NCBI RefSeq assembly: GCF_009914755.1
Contig: NC_060928.1
Strand: one strand, 5' to 3'
Length of the DNA stretch: 64,000 nucleotides
Origin: the human T2T-CHM13v2.0 reference genome, Homo sapiens
Below the pieces are notes generated by a model. It was not told the DNA's origin. It made no database searches and saw only the letters and a list, made by a program, of their open reading frames with translations. A program made the translations under genes and the position numbers. Position 1 is the stretch's first letter. Each line of letters begins with the position of its first letter. Positions 11,713 through 27,196 of the stretch are shown here, piece by piece.

Positions 11713-14160
11713 CCTTTACAGAAAATAAATGGAAGTATGTTCTTAATAAACAAAGAGATTTTCCAAGTAAATTAAACCTGGCTTAATTAAAATGGCATCT
11801 TTAATTACATTTCTAAATTTTAGAAAACATAATTGTGATGTAAGGGAGAAAAAGATTTTGTACTCATGACACATTTATTTAGACATTTAATCACTCTAAG
11901 TTTTAGTTTCTCTTTCTGTAAAAGAATAGCTCTCTTCAGTATATTTTTAAAGATTACAGAATACATAGACTTCTTGAGCAAAGGAGTTTCTCAACAACTT
12001 GTAGCTATTATTAAGTACTCTGTTTATTATCCAAATTTTGTATCTCAGCTCAATTCAGAGCAAAACAAAGAATTTTAAAATAGACTTAAATAAATGTGCT
12101 CAGTATATAGAGGAACTGTGCCAAATTTGGTCAGAATAAATGACATCTAATGGAATTCAATTAATGTTCAAAATAGTTTTTGGATAAATTTTGAAGACAG
12201 ATATAATTATAACTGATTTTTAATTTAGAAAAAAACTATTTTAACAATTGAATCATCTGCTATTGCTTTAAGAAGACACAAGAGTAGTATTAAGAGGCAA
12301 CCTGAATGATTATTTACGTAATTATTCATCTCAATAATAAAGAGATTTCTAATAAACCCCTGTTCAGAAAAGAATTATATAGAATCTGCAGCTATCTCAT
12401 AACACAAATATAGGAGTTTACATAGAAGGACTATAAGACACATTGCCTTTATTCTGATAATAGATATTAAGTCTTTTGGATATTAAATGAGAAAATTCAA
12501 TCCATTTTTCATGCGAAGTAATAAACAGTAATTTATCTAAACTTTGTTCAGACATAGAGGAACATTCTGTCTGAGATAATGTGAAGAAATGAGACTTGGG
12601 TTCCAAATAAGATTATACATTCTCATTCCTTAAAGATAAAAATAAGACCCCTATCTTTATGGGATTACTTTACTGCAGACCTAGGATTAAAACAGGGAAA
12701 TGAATGAAGTAAGCATTAAAGTTTCATTCTAGGACTGTAACTCAATGGATTTCATGAATTCACCATTTTCACCTTGTAACAGATTTCAGCAATGCAGCAA
12801 AATTACCAGGCAACCCAATTTCTTAGGGTTGTAGCAATGTCACAGATAATTAAATTGAAATTGGGGTTTTGTCCTGGTTTCAATAAATTGGCCAGCTGGA
12901 CCACCAGCAACATCTCCCTATGTAGTTACAGAGATCTAGCAGTATGTTAACAAAGCCTCAGGGAGGTCCCACAAACCACTGGTCATTTTCTGCAGGAGAT
13001 ACAGCTCCAGGAAAAATTCAAAATTTATATATAGTATACCTGTTCCAAAAAACAAAGTGTAGGAGTCCATGGTGTATATATGTACATGTGAATGTGTATA
13101 AGGCAGTCTAGAAAGTATTGAAAATTAATGAGACATTATGGATAAATGGCTTATTCCTCCCCATCCTCAGTGCTGTGAATCCAACCACGCACTGCTGTCA
13201 ATGCTTAATACTCATAGGAAAAACACATTTGCAATTTAATCAAAGCACAAGCTGGTACATTTTATTTAGAAATTTCATGGTAAAACACATATTCTCCCCA
13301 ACACACTTTTATTAAATCAACCTCATACCTGACATTTCTCACACTCGACTTGCCAATGTTGTTAACATTGAAATTAGTCTAACGAAAATAATAATAAGCT
13401 TATAATGGAAATAAAATAACTCAATTTATGTATAATTAAATTCAATTAGATAATTAAGCATAATATAAATAATATCATTCAACACTTTTGAAGAATTCAA
13501 TTCACTTAAAGTTAATGACTGAGTAAAACAAGATGGGGATAAAATTATGTACATTCTTTTACATTTTATTCAGAAATTAAGTAAACATATTTTTGCTCAT
13601 TCATTTAATAATTCAAATCAACAATACTAATGATTTTAGTAGAATTGCAACACAAAGTTATATATTACTTTTCCCAATTTATAATACTATAGTAATAATA
13701 ATAATAATAAATATTAGGTTCTGATGGTGCTATTTTTTTCTCAGTCTGTTAAAGAAAAGAGAGCTCTGATTAAAAGATCCTCTCCCCAGGGAACCAATCG
13801 TTGACTATACATTTCAATGGCAATTTTCTCACTTATCAGAACAGTTTGTAAATTGCACATATCCATTTTTAGGTCTTTCATTTTTCAAATTCAAACATTA
13901 TAGCCGTTAAATGTTTTAATAAAAGTTAAATTGACATGCTACAAATTTTCAGACTAAAGTTTTAGAATATTTCCTTTACGCCAATAATATTTAAGTATGG
14001 ATCTCCATTTCTTGTCTGTATATAACTTATAAATATTACCCACATAAAAACAAGTATAGAATCTAACAAAGAACTTCATTATAAATTACTCCTATGGTAT
14101 TTGTGACATGTTTGTCTGTAAAATATTTTTTAAAACAGATATTCCTAAATCACAACATAA

Positions 14161-14457
14161 TTTTTTTTTTTTATTTTGAGATGGAGTCTCTCTCTGTCAC
14201 CCAGGCTGGAGTGCAGTGGCCTGATCTCGGCTCATTGCAACCTCTGCCTCTGGGTCCAAGCCATTCTCCTGTCTCAGCCTCCTGAGTAGCTGGGACTACA
14301 GGCACCTGCCACCACGCCTGGCTAATTTTTGTATCTTCAGTAGAAATAGGGTTTCACCATGTTGACCAGGCTGGTCTCGAACTCCTGACCTCAGGTGATC
14401 TGTCTACCTTGGCCTCCCAAAGTGCTGGATTACAGGCACAAGCCACCGCGGCCAGCC
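14161..14457 (-). mobile_element. AluS (Sx/Sz-like)
   Basis: Full antisense Alu with 'cctgacctcaggtgatc'. TSD aacataatttt on both sides. Confidence 0.95.
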
Positions 14458-14599
14458 AACATAATTTTATAATGAAGAATTTCAAGAAAAGAAACAATAT
14501 TTTACTGAAATGCAGTCCTAGACAATTGACATATTCTTCTCAAAAAACTCATCGGTAAAGAAGTACGTGTAATATATATTACATATATACATGCATAAG

Positions 14600-14785
14600 C
14601 AAAAGGACAAAAAGACAAATACATAAATATACAAATTAGAGTTATTAATAAAATGTTATAATGGTTATCTCTTGTGGTGAAATTAGGATTACACGAGAAT
14701 ATTCTTTCTTTATATATTTTTTAATTCTTAAAAACTTTATGTAGTAAGCATGTATTTATTTTATGATAATAAACATAAACATCGC
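14600..14785 (+). mobile_element. Old L1 (L1ME/MC-like) 3' terminal fragment
   Basis: 'aaaatgttataatggttatctcttgtggtg...aagcatgtatttattttatgataat'. Confidence 0.55.
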
Positions 14786-15524
14786 TTTTTAAGATTTGTC
14801 TCATGATTAGAGACAATTATTAGCTTTAATAGCAAAGACATTAATATTTCTGAGGCAAGATAAAAAATAACTGTTTTATGTCCATTTAATCTGTACACAT
14901 TGAACTGATAGTATTCAAAAGAGAATTTTTTTCATAGCTACAGCATGCCTTATAGAAAATCAAATTCCTAATACTAATTCTTTCTGATATCCACCTAACC
15001 TGTATTAATTGAAAAGCTGAATGTCATGTATAAATCTAGCTCTTGTTTAATTTAATTTAATACACTTCACAGCCATTTTTTACATTAGTTTGGAATCATT
15101 TTATTTAGACTCCTTCAGTGATTTGCTTATTTTAAGTTATCCTTACTTCTATCCCTCCTGAGAAGGGTCTAAACAAAGGCAACACAATGTGGTTTGGACA
15201 GCAGAAGCTCAAATAAGGTATAGAGGTTACCCAAAGGAAGAGATTAAATTTGCGTGTAAAAAAATTGAAGGACAGTAAAGTCTTGCCAACTTCATCATAG
15301 GTGATGATATCTAAGATTTGAAGACTATAGAGTCATCCAGAATTAGATATCAGAAAAACTGGACAATTCATTGTTCTTTATTTCCTCCTCGAGGTTCTTT
15401 TGTTCACCTGTCTCCCACAATAGACAGGCCACAGTGCTGTGGTTATTGCCAGTGCTTCCAGAAAAGTCATTCTGTTATCTCTGGGCTAAATAATAGTGGC
15501 TGCCTCCTAACTGCTATAGAGTTT

Positions 15525-15762
15525 CTTTTCTTTTTGTTTTTCCATTTTTTTTTTTTAATTTTACTTTAAGTTCTGGGATACATGTGCAGAACATTCAGGT
15601 TTGCTACATAGGCATACAAGTGCCATGGTGGTTTGCTGCACCTATCAACCAGTCATCTAGGTTTTAAGCCCCACGTGCATTAGATATTGGTCCTAATGCT
15701 TTCCCTCTCCTTACCCTCTGCCCCGCGACAGGCCCCTGTGTGTGTTGTTCCCCTCCCTGTGT
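15525..15762 (-). mobile_element. L1PA8/PA10-like 3' end
   Basis: 'ttttactttaagttctgggatacatgtgcagaac...ctaggttttaagccccac...gttcccctccctgtgt'. Confidence 0.92.
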
Positions 15763-16072
15763 GTTGTTTTTTTGTTTGTTTGTTTGTTTGTTTTTTTGAG
15801 ACGGAGTCTCTCTCTGTTGTCCAGGCTGGAGTGCAGTGGCATGATCTCAGTTCACTGCAACCTCTGCTTCCCAGGTTCAAAGGATTCTCCTGCCTCTCCC
15901 ATAGCCGGGATTCCAGGTATGTGCCACCACGCTCGGCTAATTTTTGTATTTTTAGTAGAGACGGGGTTTCACCATGTTGGCCAGGCTGGTCTCGAACTCC
16001 TGACCTCAAGTGATATGCCCTCCTGAGCCTCCCAAAGTGCTGGGATTACAGGCGTGAGCCACCATGCTGGCC
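15763..16072 (-). mobile_element. AluS (Sx/Sz-like) with (AAAC)n tail
   Basis: Full antisense Alu ending '...gagccaccatgctggcc'. Confidence 0.95.
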
Positions 16073-16149
16073 TATTTCTAAAACAAAGATTTAACCGTTC
16101 CACATCTGATTTAAAAAGGTATCAGGGTACTGTATTGTTTGTATAATAA

Positions 16150-16635
16150 ATTCCAAAATGATTTCTATTGATCCTAAAAGCTCTCAAACATGCTCTTAAA
16201 TAAATTTCTAACTTCTCTCCAGTAATGAACTCTGCCCCACCATTCATAATATCCCCAATGCTTCTCAAAATGATTCCTATGTCTAGATTTCCATTGCATC
16301 TCTGTTCAGCCTCATGCTTAACCTCTGTCAGTATGGCCTCCACAATGCTACCACCTCTTCTAAGCTCAGCTTGAATTCCATCTTACCTGAAAGGCTTTCT
16401 TCAATAATATCACTACTTTCCCATTCTAATGGAAGTAAAAGGTCTGTAATCTGCTTTCCATGGAAATTTTTTTTTGTTAAAAACATCTTTTACAATATTT
16501 AGTGCCTCTTCTATCATTTAGTTTTTACGAATAGATATCTTCTCTACTGTGATGTGAACTCCTTCATGGTGAGGATCATATCTTGTTCTTCTTTGTATCC
16601 TCAGCATTTAGTGTACAAAAGAAGGAATGAAATAA
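16150..16635 (+). mobile_element. L2 3' fragment
   Basis: 'gatgtgaactccttcatggtgaggatcatatcttgttcttctttgtatcctcagcatttag' is an L2 3'-end motif. Confidence 0.65.
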
Positions 16636-18473
16636 CAAGGTAATATCCAAAGTTCCCACATAGTTCCTTTACTCTGTATTATATACACAATTAAAAACTA
16701 ATATTTATCTTTTATTTTGTAACATAGTGCTGACCACTTATTTCTCTTTTTCTAATTCTGCATTTCAAGTGTGCACAAACAAAAAAAAAAAAAGAAAAAG
16801 AAAAAAGCCACTATTTTTTTTCCAGTAACATATGTTATTTCTTTCTCAATAAATTTTAACCACTGATTTGATATATGATTTTTGAACATCCTTGAATAAA
16901 TTTTATTTTAAATAGAATAAAATTAGGTTGGATTTTACTTTTTTAATAGACATTTTTCTAAGACAGGCAGAGTTTGAATTTAAATACATCTGCTGCATAT
17001 AATATATGTCTAATAGTCCTTTTTTTCTCAAAGCTAATATTTCCATTCTTCCTAAATAGGCAATAAAATGAAAGAAAAAATACAAAGTACTTGAGTTTTA
17101 TAAGCGAAATAATGCTTCTGTGAATATTGATAATGCTTTGCAATTGCTTAGTTTTAACTGGGAAATACTTTTAAAGGATAGAACATTTAAGTGTGATAAT
17201 TTAAAGCTTCTTGGTTTTAGTGTTTAGAAAAATTGAACTTATACGTATTCTGAAATCACTTTTTTTACCAAACTTGCACTCATATCATTTCCTCTTTTCA
17301 ATATGTCAAAAAGATAAAAGCTTTTCCCCCCTTTCCTTTAAAAGAAACTATTTTTTACTATGGTTAACTGAAGAAAAAAAAAAGCAGAAAAGCAGAATCT
17401 TAGAAATTGAAATTTACTATGTGATAAGTCTTTTATAATGAATATCTTTGTATTTCCTTTTGTTAAATTAAGCATGTAAATAATAATTATTTAAAATTAG
17501 GCACAAAATTTATTGATGTATATTTTCACAATCCTTATGTCTACAATGTCACAAAAGAAAAAATAATGTCCTAGCAGCTGTGAACTTACTCAGATTGGAT
17601 AAGAAGATTTAGAAATTGGTCAAGGAAAGTTGGGCAGTAGTGTCAACAAAATTAAGCAGTATGACAAAACAATACTTGAGATATATTTGTGTATGCCAAT
17701 GAAATATTTTTATTCTGACTAACAAAGTCTGCACTACCCTTTAGATTACCAAAATAACTGATTTTTATTTGTCATAAAAAAACATTTAAAATTCAAAATG
17801 GAAACATTGATATTTAAGTGAGTTGTTTCTCATGATGCCTTCTGGATTCAAACAAAGTAAGGAAAACTTTGTTACTCTCTACCTTACCTTAACCGTTAAT
17901 ATCAAGAGAAATTTTGTTCATATTGATTTTTCCCTCTACATAAAGTGCAGGCAGGAGGAACCCCAGGTGTATCAAGTTCTGCCATCTTTTTCTCCATTAT
18001 TTTGTGACTTCCTGGCTATTAAGTAGATGGAATGATATCCAATGTTCACACAACTCTCCACACACACTTGCAAGCTGGCACCTACACCAATCCTTAGGGA
18101 ATCTACAAATGAAATGATGCGAACAAAGTTCATCTTCACTAGCCACTCTATCCTGGTGGGATAACTCCAGGTTCTAGTGCCAAAATAAATGAAAGAAAAA
18201 CTTTGTCTCCGAAATATCTTATAGAAAGAAACAAAAAAAAAACTGAAAAATTTTTGGATCCTTTACATAAAGTAGAAAATGAAATAAGTTTTAGGTTTCA
18301 AAACAGTCTGACATATTCTCTCAGAAATGTCAATAATGCAATGTTTACTATGTTTCTTTTTTATTATATTCCATGTTTTTCAGAAGCAGGTTCATATACT
18401 AAGGGGACAAGGTTTAGCAGTTACATGTCATAGCAATCAGGCTGAAGTTACAGCATGTTAAAATGCCAGAATC

Positions 18474-18955
18474 TGCATATGTTTATTGCAGCACTGTTCA
18501 CAATAGCAAAGACTTGGAACCAACCCAAATGCCCATCAGTGATAGACTGGATAAAGAAAATGTGGCACATATACACCATGGAATACTATGCAGCCATAAA
18601 AAGGGATAAGTTCATGTCCTTTGCTGGGACATGGATGAAGCTGGAAAAGATCATTCTTAGCAAACTAACACAGGATCAGAAAACCAAACACCACATGTTC
18701 TCACTCATAAGTGGGAGTCGAACAATGAGAACTCATGGACACAGGGAGGGGAACAACACATACCAGGGCCTGTCAGGGGTGGTGGACTAGGGGAGGGACA
18801 GCATTAGGAGAAGTGCCTTATGTAGATGACAAGTTGATGGGTGCAGCAAACCACCATGGCACGTGTATACCTATGTAACAAACCTGCACGTTCTGCACAT
18901 GTATCCCAGAACTTAAAGTATAATAATAGAAGAAGAAAGAAAAAAGGAAAAAAAA
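18474..18955 (+). mobile_element. L1PA7/8-like 5'-truncated element (ORF2 C-terminus plus 3' UTR)
   Basis: ORF 18455-18790 gives 'MFIAALFTIAKTWNQPKCPS...WIKKMWHIYTMEYYAAIK', the L1 ORF2 C-terminus, followed by 3' UTR and an A-rich tail. Confidence 0.95.
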
Positions 18956-19159
18956 TTATGAATCAATTTTCTCAAACTCGCCAAATCAAACTTTCCGCTT
19001 AAAATATGTAAAAATAAATATTTTATATTAAAAAATTCCAGAATCCAGAAAGTGAAGAGAGAGAACGGATGTTCAAATAGTAAAAAGTAATACTTCAGTA
19101 GGCCTGAATCTTACTATGAGAATAAAAAAGGAATGACAGAAGAAACTAATGACTTAATC

Positions 19160-21550
19160 AGGGGAGGAGGTGGAGCAAGAAGGTTCCACCAATTATTTCC
19201 CCCCCACAAAGACACCAATTTAACAACTTTTTACACATAAAAAGCACCTTTATAAGAACCAAAACTCAGGTGAGCACTGACAGTACCTGGTTTTAACTTC
19301 ATATCATTGAAAGAGGCAGTAAAGTGGTAGAGAGAACAGTTTTGAATTGTTAGTGCTAGTCCCTGCCTTTCCTCACTGGCAGAGAGCATTTTACTGCAGT
19401 TGGGGAGGGAGAGCACAGTAATTGTATAGCATTTAACTCAGTGCAAAAAGCAAAACTGGACCAAATTCAGCTGACTCACGCCCACAACGGGAGCGTTTAA
19501 ACCAACACCAGTCAGAGAGGAATCGCCAGTCTCAGTGGTTGGAACTTGAGTTTCCCAAGCCTCACCACTGCAAGCTGAAGTGCTCTGGGGTTCTAAATAA
19601 ACTTGAAAGGCAGTCTTGTCCACAAGAACTGCCAACACCTAGAGGAGTCCTAGTGTTGAACTGGTTCCGGAGGCAGTGGACTACATGGTCACGTGACCTA
19701 TTGAGACACCAGCCAGGATAGTGAAGGCTGCCCTAGCCCCAGCCTGCACAGCTCACAGTTCCTAAAGAGAACCCTTCCTTCTGCTTGAGAAGAAGAGAGG
19801 GAAGAGTGGGGAGTATTTTATCTTGCTTCTTGCATACCTGCTCAGTCACAGCTGGAAAGGGCAGCAGTCAGAGTCCTGAGGCCCTCTTTCCAGGCCCTAG
19901 CTCCCAGATGACATTGCTAGACACATTCTGAGCCAGAAGAGAACCTACTACCTTGAAGGAAAGGACCCAGTCCTGGCAGCATTTATTGCCTTCTAACTGA
20001 AGAGACCTTAAGTTCCGAATAACCAGCAGCAGCATTACCCAGGTAGTACGTCAAGGGCCTTTGGGTGAGGCTCTGAGACTTACTGACTTCAGGTGAGTCT
20101 CAGCACATTTCCAGCTGTGCTGGGTATGGAACAAGGTTTCTTCTGCTTGAGAAAAGCCGTGGGTGAGTTACTCACAGCTAATATCATACTCAATATGGAT
20201 AAACTGAAAGTCCTTATTGTAAGACCTGGAACATTACAATGATGCCCACTTTCACCACTGTCATTCAACATAGTACTGGAAGTCTTATCCAGAGAAATCA
20301 GAAAAGAGAAAGAAATAAAAGCATCCAAATTAGAATGGAAGAAGTCAAATTATTCTTGTTTGCAGATATTATAATCTTATATTTGGAAAATCCTAAAGAC
20401 TCCACAAATATATTAGAACTAATAAATAATTCAGTAAAATCATGGGATACAAAATCAGTAGCATTTCTATATGGCAACACTGAACAATCTGAAAAAGAAA
20501 TAAAAAAGTAATCCCACAAATAAAATTAAACCCATGAATTAACTTGTCAAAAGAAGTAAAATATTTCTATAATGAAAACTATAAAACACTGATGAAAGAA
20601 TTTGAAGACTATCAAAAAATATGTTTGTTGTTCATGTTTCAGAAGAATCAATATTATTAAAATCCATACCACCCAAAGCAATTTACAGATTCGATATAAT
20701 TTCTATCATAGTACCAATAACATTCTTCACAGAAATAGAAAAAAAAAACCTAAAATTTATATGGAACCACAAAAGACCCAGAATAGCCAAAGGTATCCTA
20801 AGCAAAATGAACAAAAACTGGAGGAATCACATTACCTGACTTCAAATTACACTACGGAGGTATAGTAGTCAAAACAGAATGGTATTGGCATAAAAATAGA
20901 CACATAGATCAATAGAACAGAATACAGAACTCAGAAACAAATCTTCACATCTAGAGGAGACTCTTTTTGATGAAGGTGACAAGAAAATACACTGGGAGAA
21001 AGATGATCCTGTCAATAAGTAGTGTTGAGAAAGCTGGATAGCCATATGCAGAAAAATGAAACAGGATCCCTATCTCTTGGCATACAAAAATCAAATCAAA
21101 GTGGGTTAAAGACTTAAATCTAAAACCTCAAACTACTAGAAGAAAACATTGGAAGAAATCTTCAGGACATTGGTCTGGCCAACATTTTGAGAAATAGCCC
21201 ACAAGTATAGGGGACCAAAACAAAGCTGGACGAATGAGAAGACATCAAGTTAAAAAGCTTCTGCACAGCAAAGGATACATGCAAAAGTGAAGAGACAACC
21301 CAAATAGTGGAAGAAAATATTTGCAAAGTACTCATGTGACAAAAGATTAATAACCAGAATCTAAAACAACTCTATAGGAAAAAAAATCGAGTAATCCCGT
21401 CAAAAAATGGGCAAAAGATTTGAATACACATTTCTCAGAAGAAGACGTACAAATGGCAAATAAGCATATGAAAAGGTGTTCAACATCACTGATCATCAAA
21501 GAAATGCAAATCAAAACTACAATGGGATATCATCTCACCACAGTTAAGAT
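19160..21550 (+). mobile_element. L1MA-like element: 5' UTR (about 19160-20165) joined to mid/late ORF2
   Basis: 5' UTR 'ggaggtggagcaag...caggtgagcactgacagtacctggttttaacttcatatc'. ORF2 remnants '[19 protein letters not shown]' and '[14 protein letters not shown]'. Confidence 0.88.
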
Positions 21551-22194
21551 CATGACGTCATAAAAATTGTTTTCTGAGTGAAACAAAGTTAAAGCATCTA
21601 TGGTTGACACGGTTGAAGATAATTAACAATTTTCACTGAGAGAAAATCAGTACTCCACACATAAAGAAAATAGACACATATTTTCTGTTCAGTGCCTGTT
21701 AAGAATCCAGTGATCAAAAATATTTGCTCATTAATTTTATAACCAGAAGTAGTGATAAGGGTCAAAAACTCACCAGGGCTTGATAGAACTGTAAAATGAG
21801 TTTCTCAGAGATGTTCCAAGAGATATTTGAAATCATTGAAACGAACAGAGCTTCACTGAGCAGCTGAATCTTCCAAGTAACAAAAAACATCACAGTAAAC
21901 CATCAATTTCAAAAGGAAATAAGTGATTCATATTCTATAGCTGATATATAGGAGGTAATTTTTTATTTTTATATAATGTCATCCTTTAATAAAATACTTT
22001 TTTATTTAAAACTTCATTCAATTAAATAAATTTAAGTGTGCTTTATTAAAGAAAAAACGAAATTCAGAATTAGTGGCATCTTCATATATCTGGCATTTGG
22101 AAAGTGAATCTCGGGGAAATCTTCTTCCCCTATGCTACCCCAACCTACCCCAGCATTTATTTATATCACACAACTGCCCCTAAAGTCAATACCC

Positions 22195-25157
<2,963 letters not shown>

Positions 25158-25479
25158 CAATTCAATATTGTCACACTTCTGACAATGTTTTAGAAATTGC
25201 ATATTCATTATTTTATGTTTAAGATGTAATGTTGAATATCAAATGGTCAAAAAACGATTATCTATTATTAATAAAAGCAAACATTTTATGTATAGTCTTT
25301 CATATTCATACTTACCTTTAAGAGTGATAGGTAAGTATTTTCAAAACAAGGATCAAACAAGTTTTTGAATTTATTACTTCATTATATTTATTGGCTAATC
25401 TCCATGAAAGAGATTGGCAGCATAATTTTAAATGAATATGCTAGAATTTTAATAAATATGCTAAAATTTAACCCAGCCT

Positions 25480-25750
25480 TGAAAATTGACATGTGGATGT
25501 TGTTTCCAATATTCAGATATTATAAACAACATCATTATGACCATCTTGTAGCACAAATTGTGGTTCATTTGTCCAATTATTTCTATATTACTTTTCAGGA
25601 AGGAAATTCCTGTGTTAAATGTATGCATATTTTGAAGATCTTTTTTAACGTGGGAAAAACATGCCAATTTGCTGGTATACTAGCTGTGTATGACTTTGCC
25701 CATTTTCCTACCTTTCACAATACAAACCTGTTTCACTTTTTAAATTGTGG
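25480..25750 (-). mobile_element. Old L1 (L1ME-like) fragment
   Basis: 'gttgtttccaatattcagatattataaacaac...gaaggaaattcctgtgttaaatgtatgcatatttt'. Confidence 0.6.
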
Positions 25751-26449
25751 AAATAATATTGACATTGATCTGAATCCATTATTGTTAGGCATGTTCATTA
25801 TAACCCACAGCCAGAAAACAAAATGAAACAAAACACTTTTCACTGAGTAATAAACTATAAATAATTGGGTCATTCTGTTTAATTCTAGGCTCCAAACTTA
25901 ATAAAATACCAGGCATTTTTCCATAAATTGATAGTTCCTAAATGAGAACGCTTTTATTTATTTTGCTTAGTTTTTATCTAAAGGTATGATATGACCTTAT
26001 TGGTTATGATGATGATGTAGGAAAATTGTTCACCATAAATAGGCTAACTGTAAACACAGTAAATTTGATAATTCTGCTGTGTTTTTTTTTTTAATTCAGT
26101 GACTATTGTGTGTTTCTTTTTCAAAATTTGGTGAGCAGTGCTTTTAAATCCTCAACTTCTGTTCACCTTTTTCAAAGTAAACTTCTCTTTTTTGTAAATA
26201 TTTTTGTCTCTATTTCTTTTCTTGATGATATCTATCTCATGAGTTAAAATGATTTTTCAATCTTAAAATAGTTACATATCTAATTACTACATATTTCAGC
26301 ATATATTTATGAGTTAATGCTCCCTTTGTATTCCTTGTTTTGCAATGTATATGTCCTGTCTCTATTTCTATATTTATTAGCTGTGTTTTTTAAATTGCTA
26401 ACATTGGTTCTCAATTAAAAATGTTGCTATTTAATACAACATGCGGTTG

Positions 26450-26808
26450 TATTATTATTATTATTATCTTTTATTATTATTTATTATTTTTTATTTATTA
26501 TTATTATTATTTTTTTAAATAGAGACATGGTTTTATTCTGTTGCTCAGGCTGTAGTGCAGTGACACCATCACTGGCCCACTGCAGCCTCAATATCTCAGG
26601 CTCAAGTGATTCTCCCACCTCTGCCTCCTGAAGAGCTGACACTACAGGTATGTGCCACCACACCTAGCTAACTTTTTATTTCTATTTTTAGTAGAGGAAA
26701 GGTCTCACCAAGTTGCCTAGGCTGCTCTTGAATTCTTGAGCTCAATTGACCCTCCTGCCTCAGCTTCCCAAGTTGCTGAGATTAAAAGTGGGAGTTACTG
26801 CGCCTGGC
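26450..26808 (-). mobile_element. AluJ with (TAA)n tail
   Basis: 'cactgcagcctcaatatctcaggctcaagtgattctcccacctc' is J-type. TTA repeats at 26450-26515. Confidence 0.9.
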
Positions 26809-26999
26809 ATGCTCCATTTATTGCCAGGTAGTTTAAAACTATTGGTAGTCAAATTTATCATTACACATTCTTGCATTAGATTTTCTTGCTTTGGGAAACC
26901 ATTTTAATGCTAAAATTAAAAACTTGTTCAAATTTCTAACATTGATGATTTTGTTTTTAATATTTAAATCATTAATTCATCTAGATTTCAGCCTAAGGA

Positions 27000-27196
27000 G
27001 AAGTGATTCAAATACCAGCTTTCTCTATTACTAGTTCAAAGTTAGAAAAAAATTCAGTGATCTTTGAGCTTCACTTTCTCACCTTTAAAAGGAGTTTGAT
27101 ATAATTGAGCTTATTCAGTGTTCACAGACATTAAATTAGATAATGTATATACATGGTTTAACAGACTTTCTGCTGATTGTAAATAATAAATGACAG
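27000..27196 (+). mobile_element. MIR
   Basis: 'ctttgagcttcactttctcacctttaaaagg...attaaattagataatgtatat'. Confidence 0.65.

Noticed and set aside
18455-18790. ORF with clear protein homology
   Set aside because: It is the L1 ORF2 C-terminus in a 5'-truncated copy, so it is not reported as a CDS.
20960-21550. Similarity to 43366-43970 suggesting a segmental duplication
   Set aside because: The two are homologous L1MA ORF2 regions with many independent differences and unrelated flanks, consistent with separate insertions.
25365-25826. 153-aa ORF
   Set aside because: It overlaps antisense old L1, starts at a non-ATG codon and has AT-driven composition.
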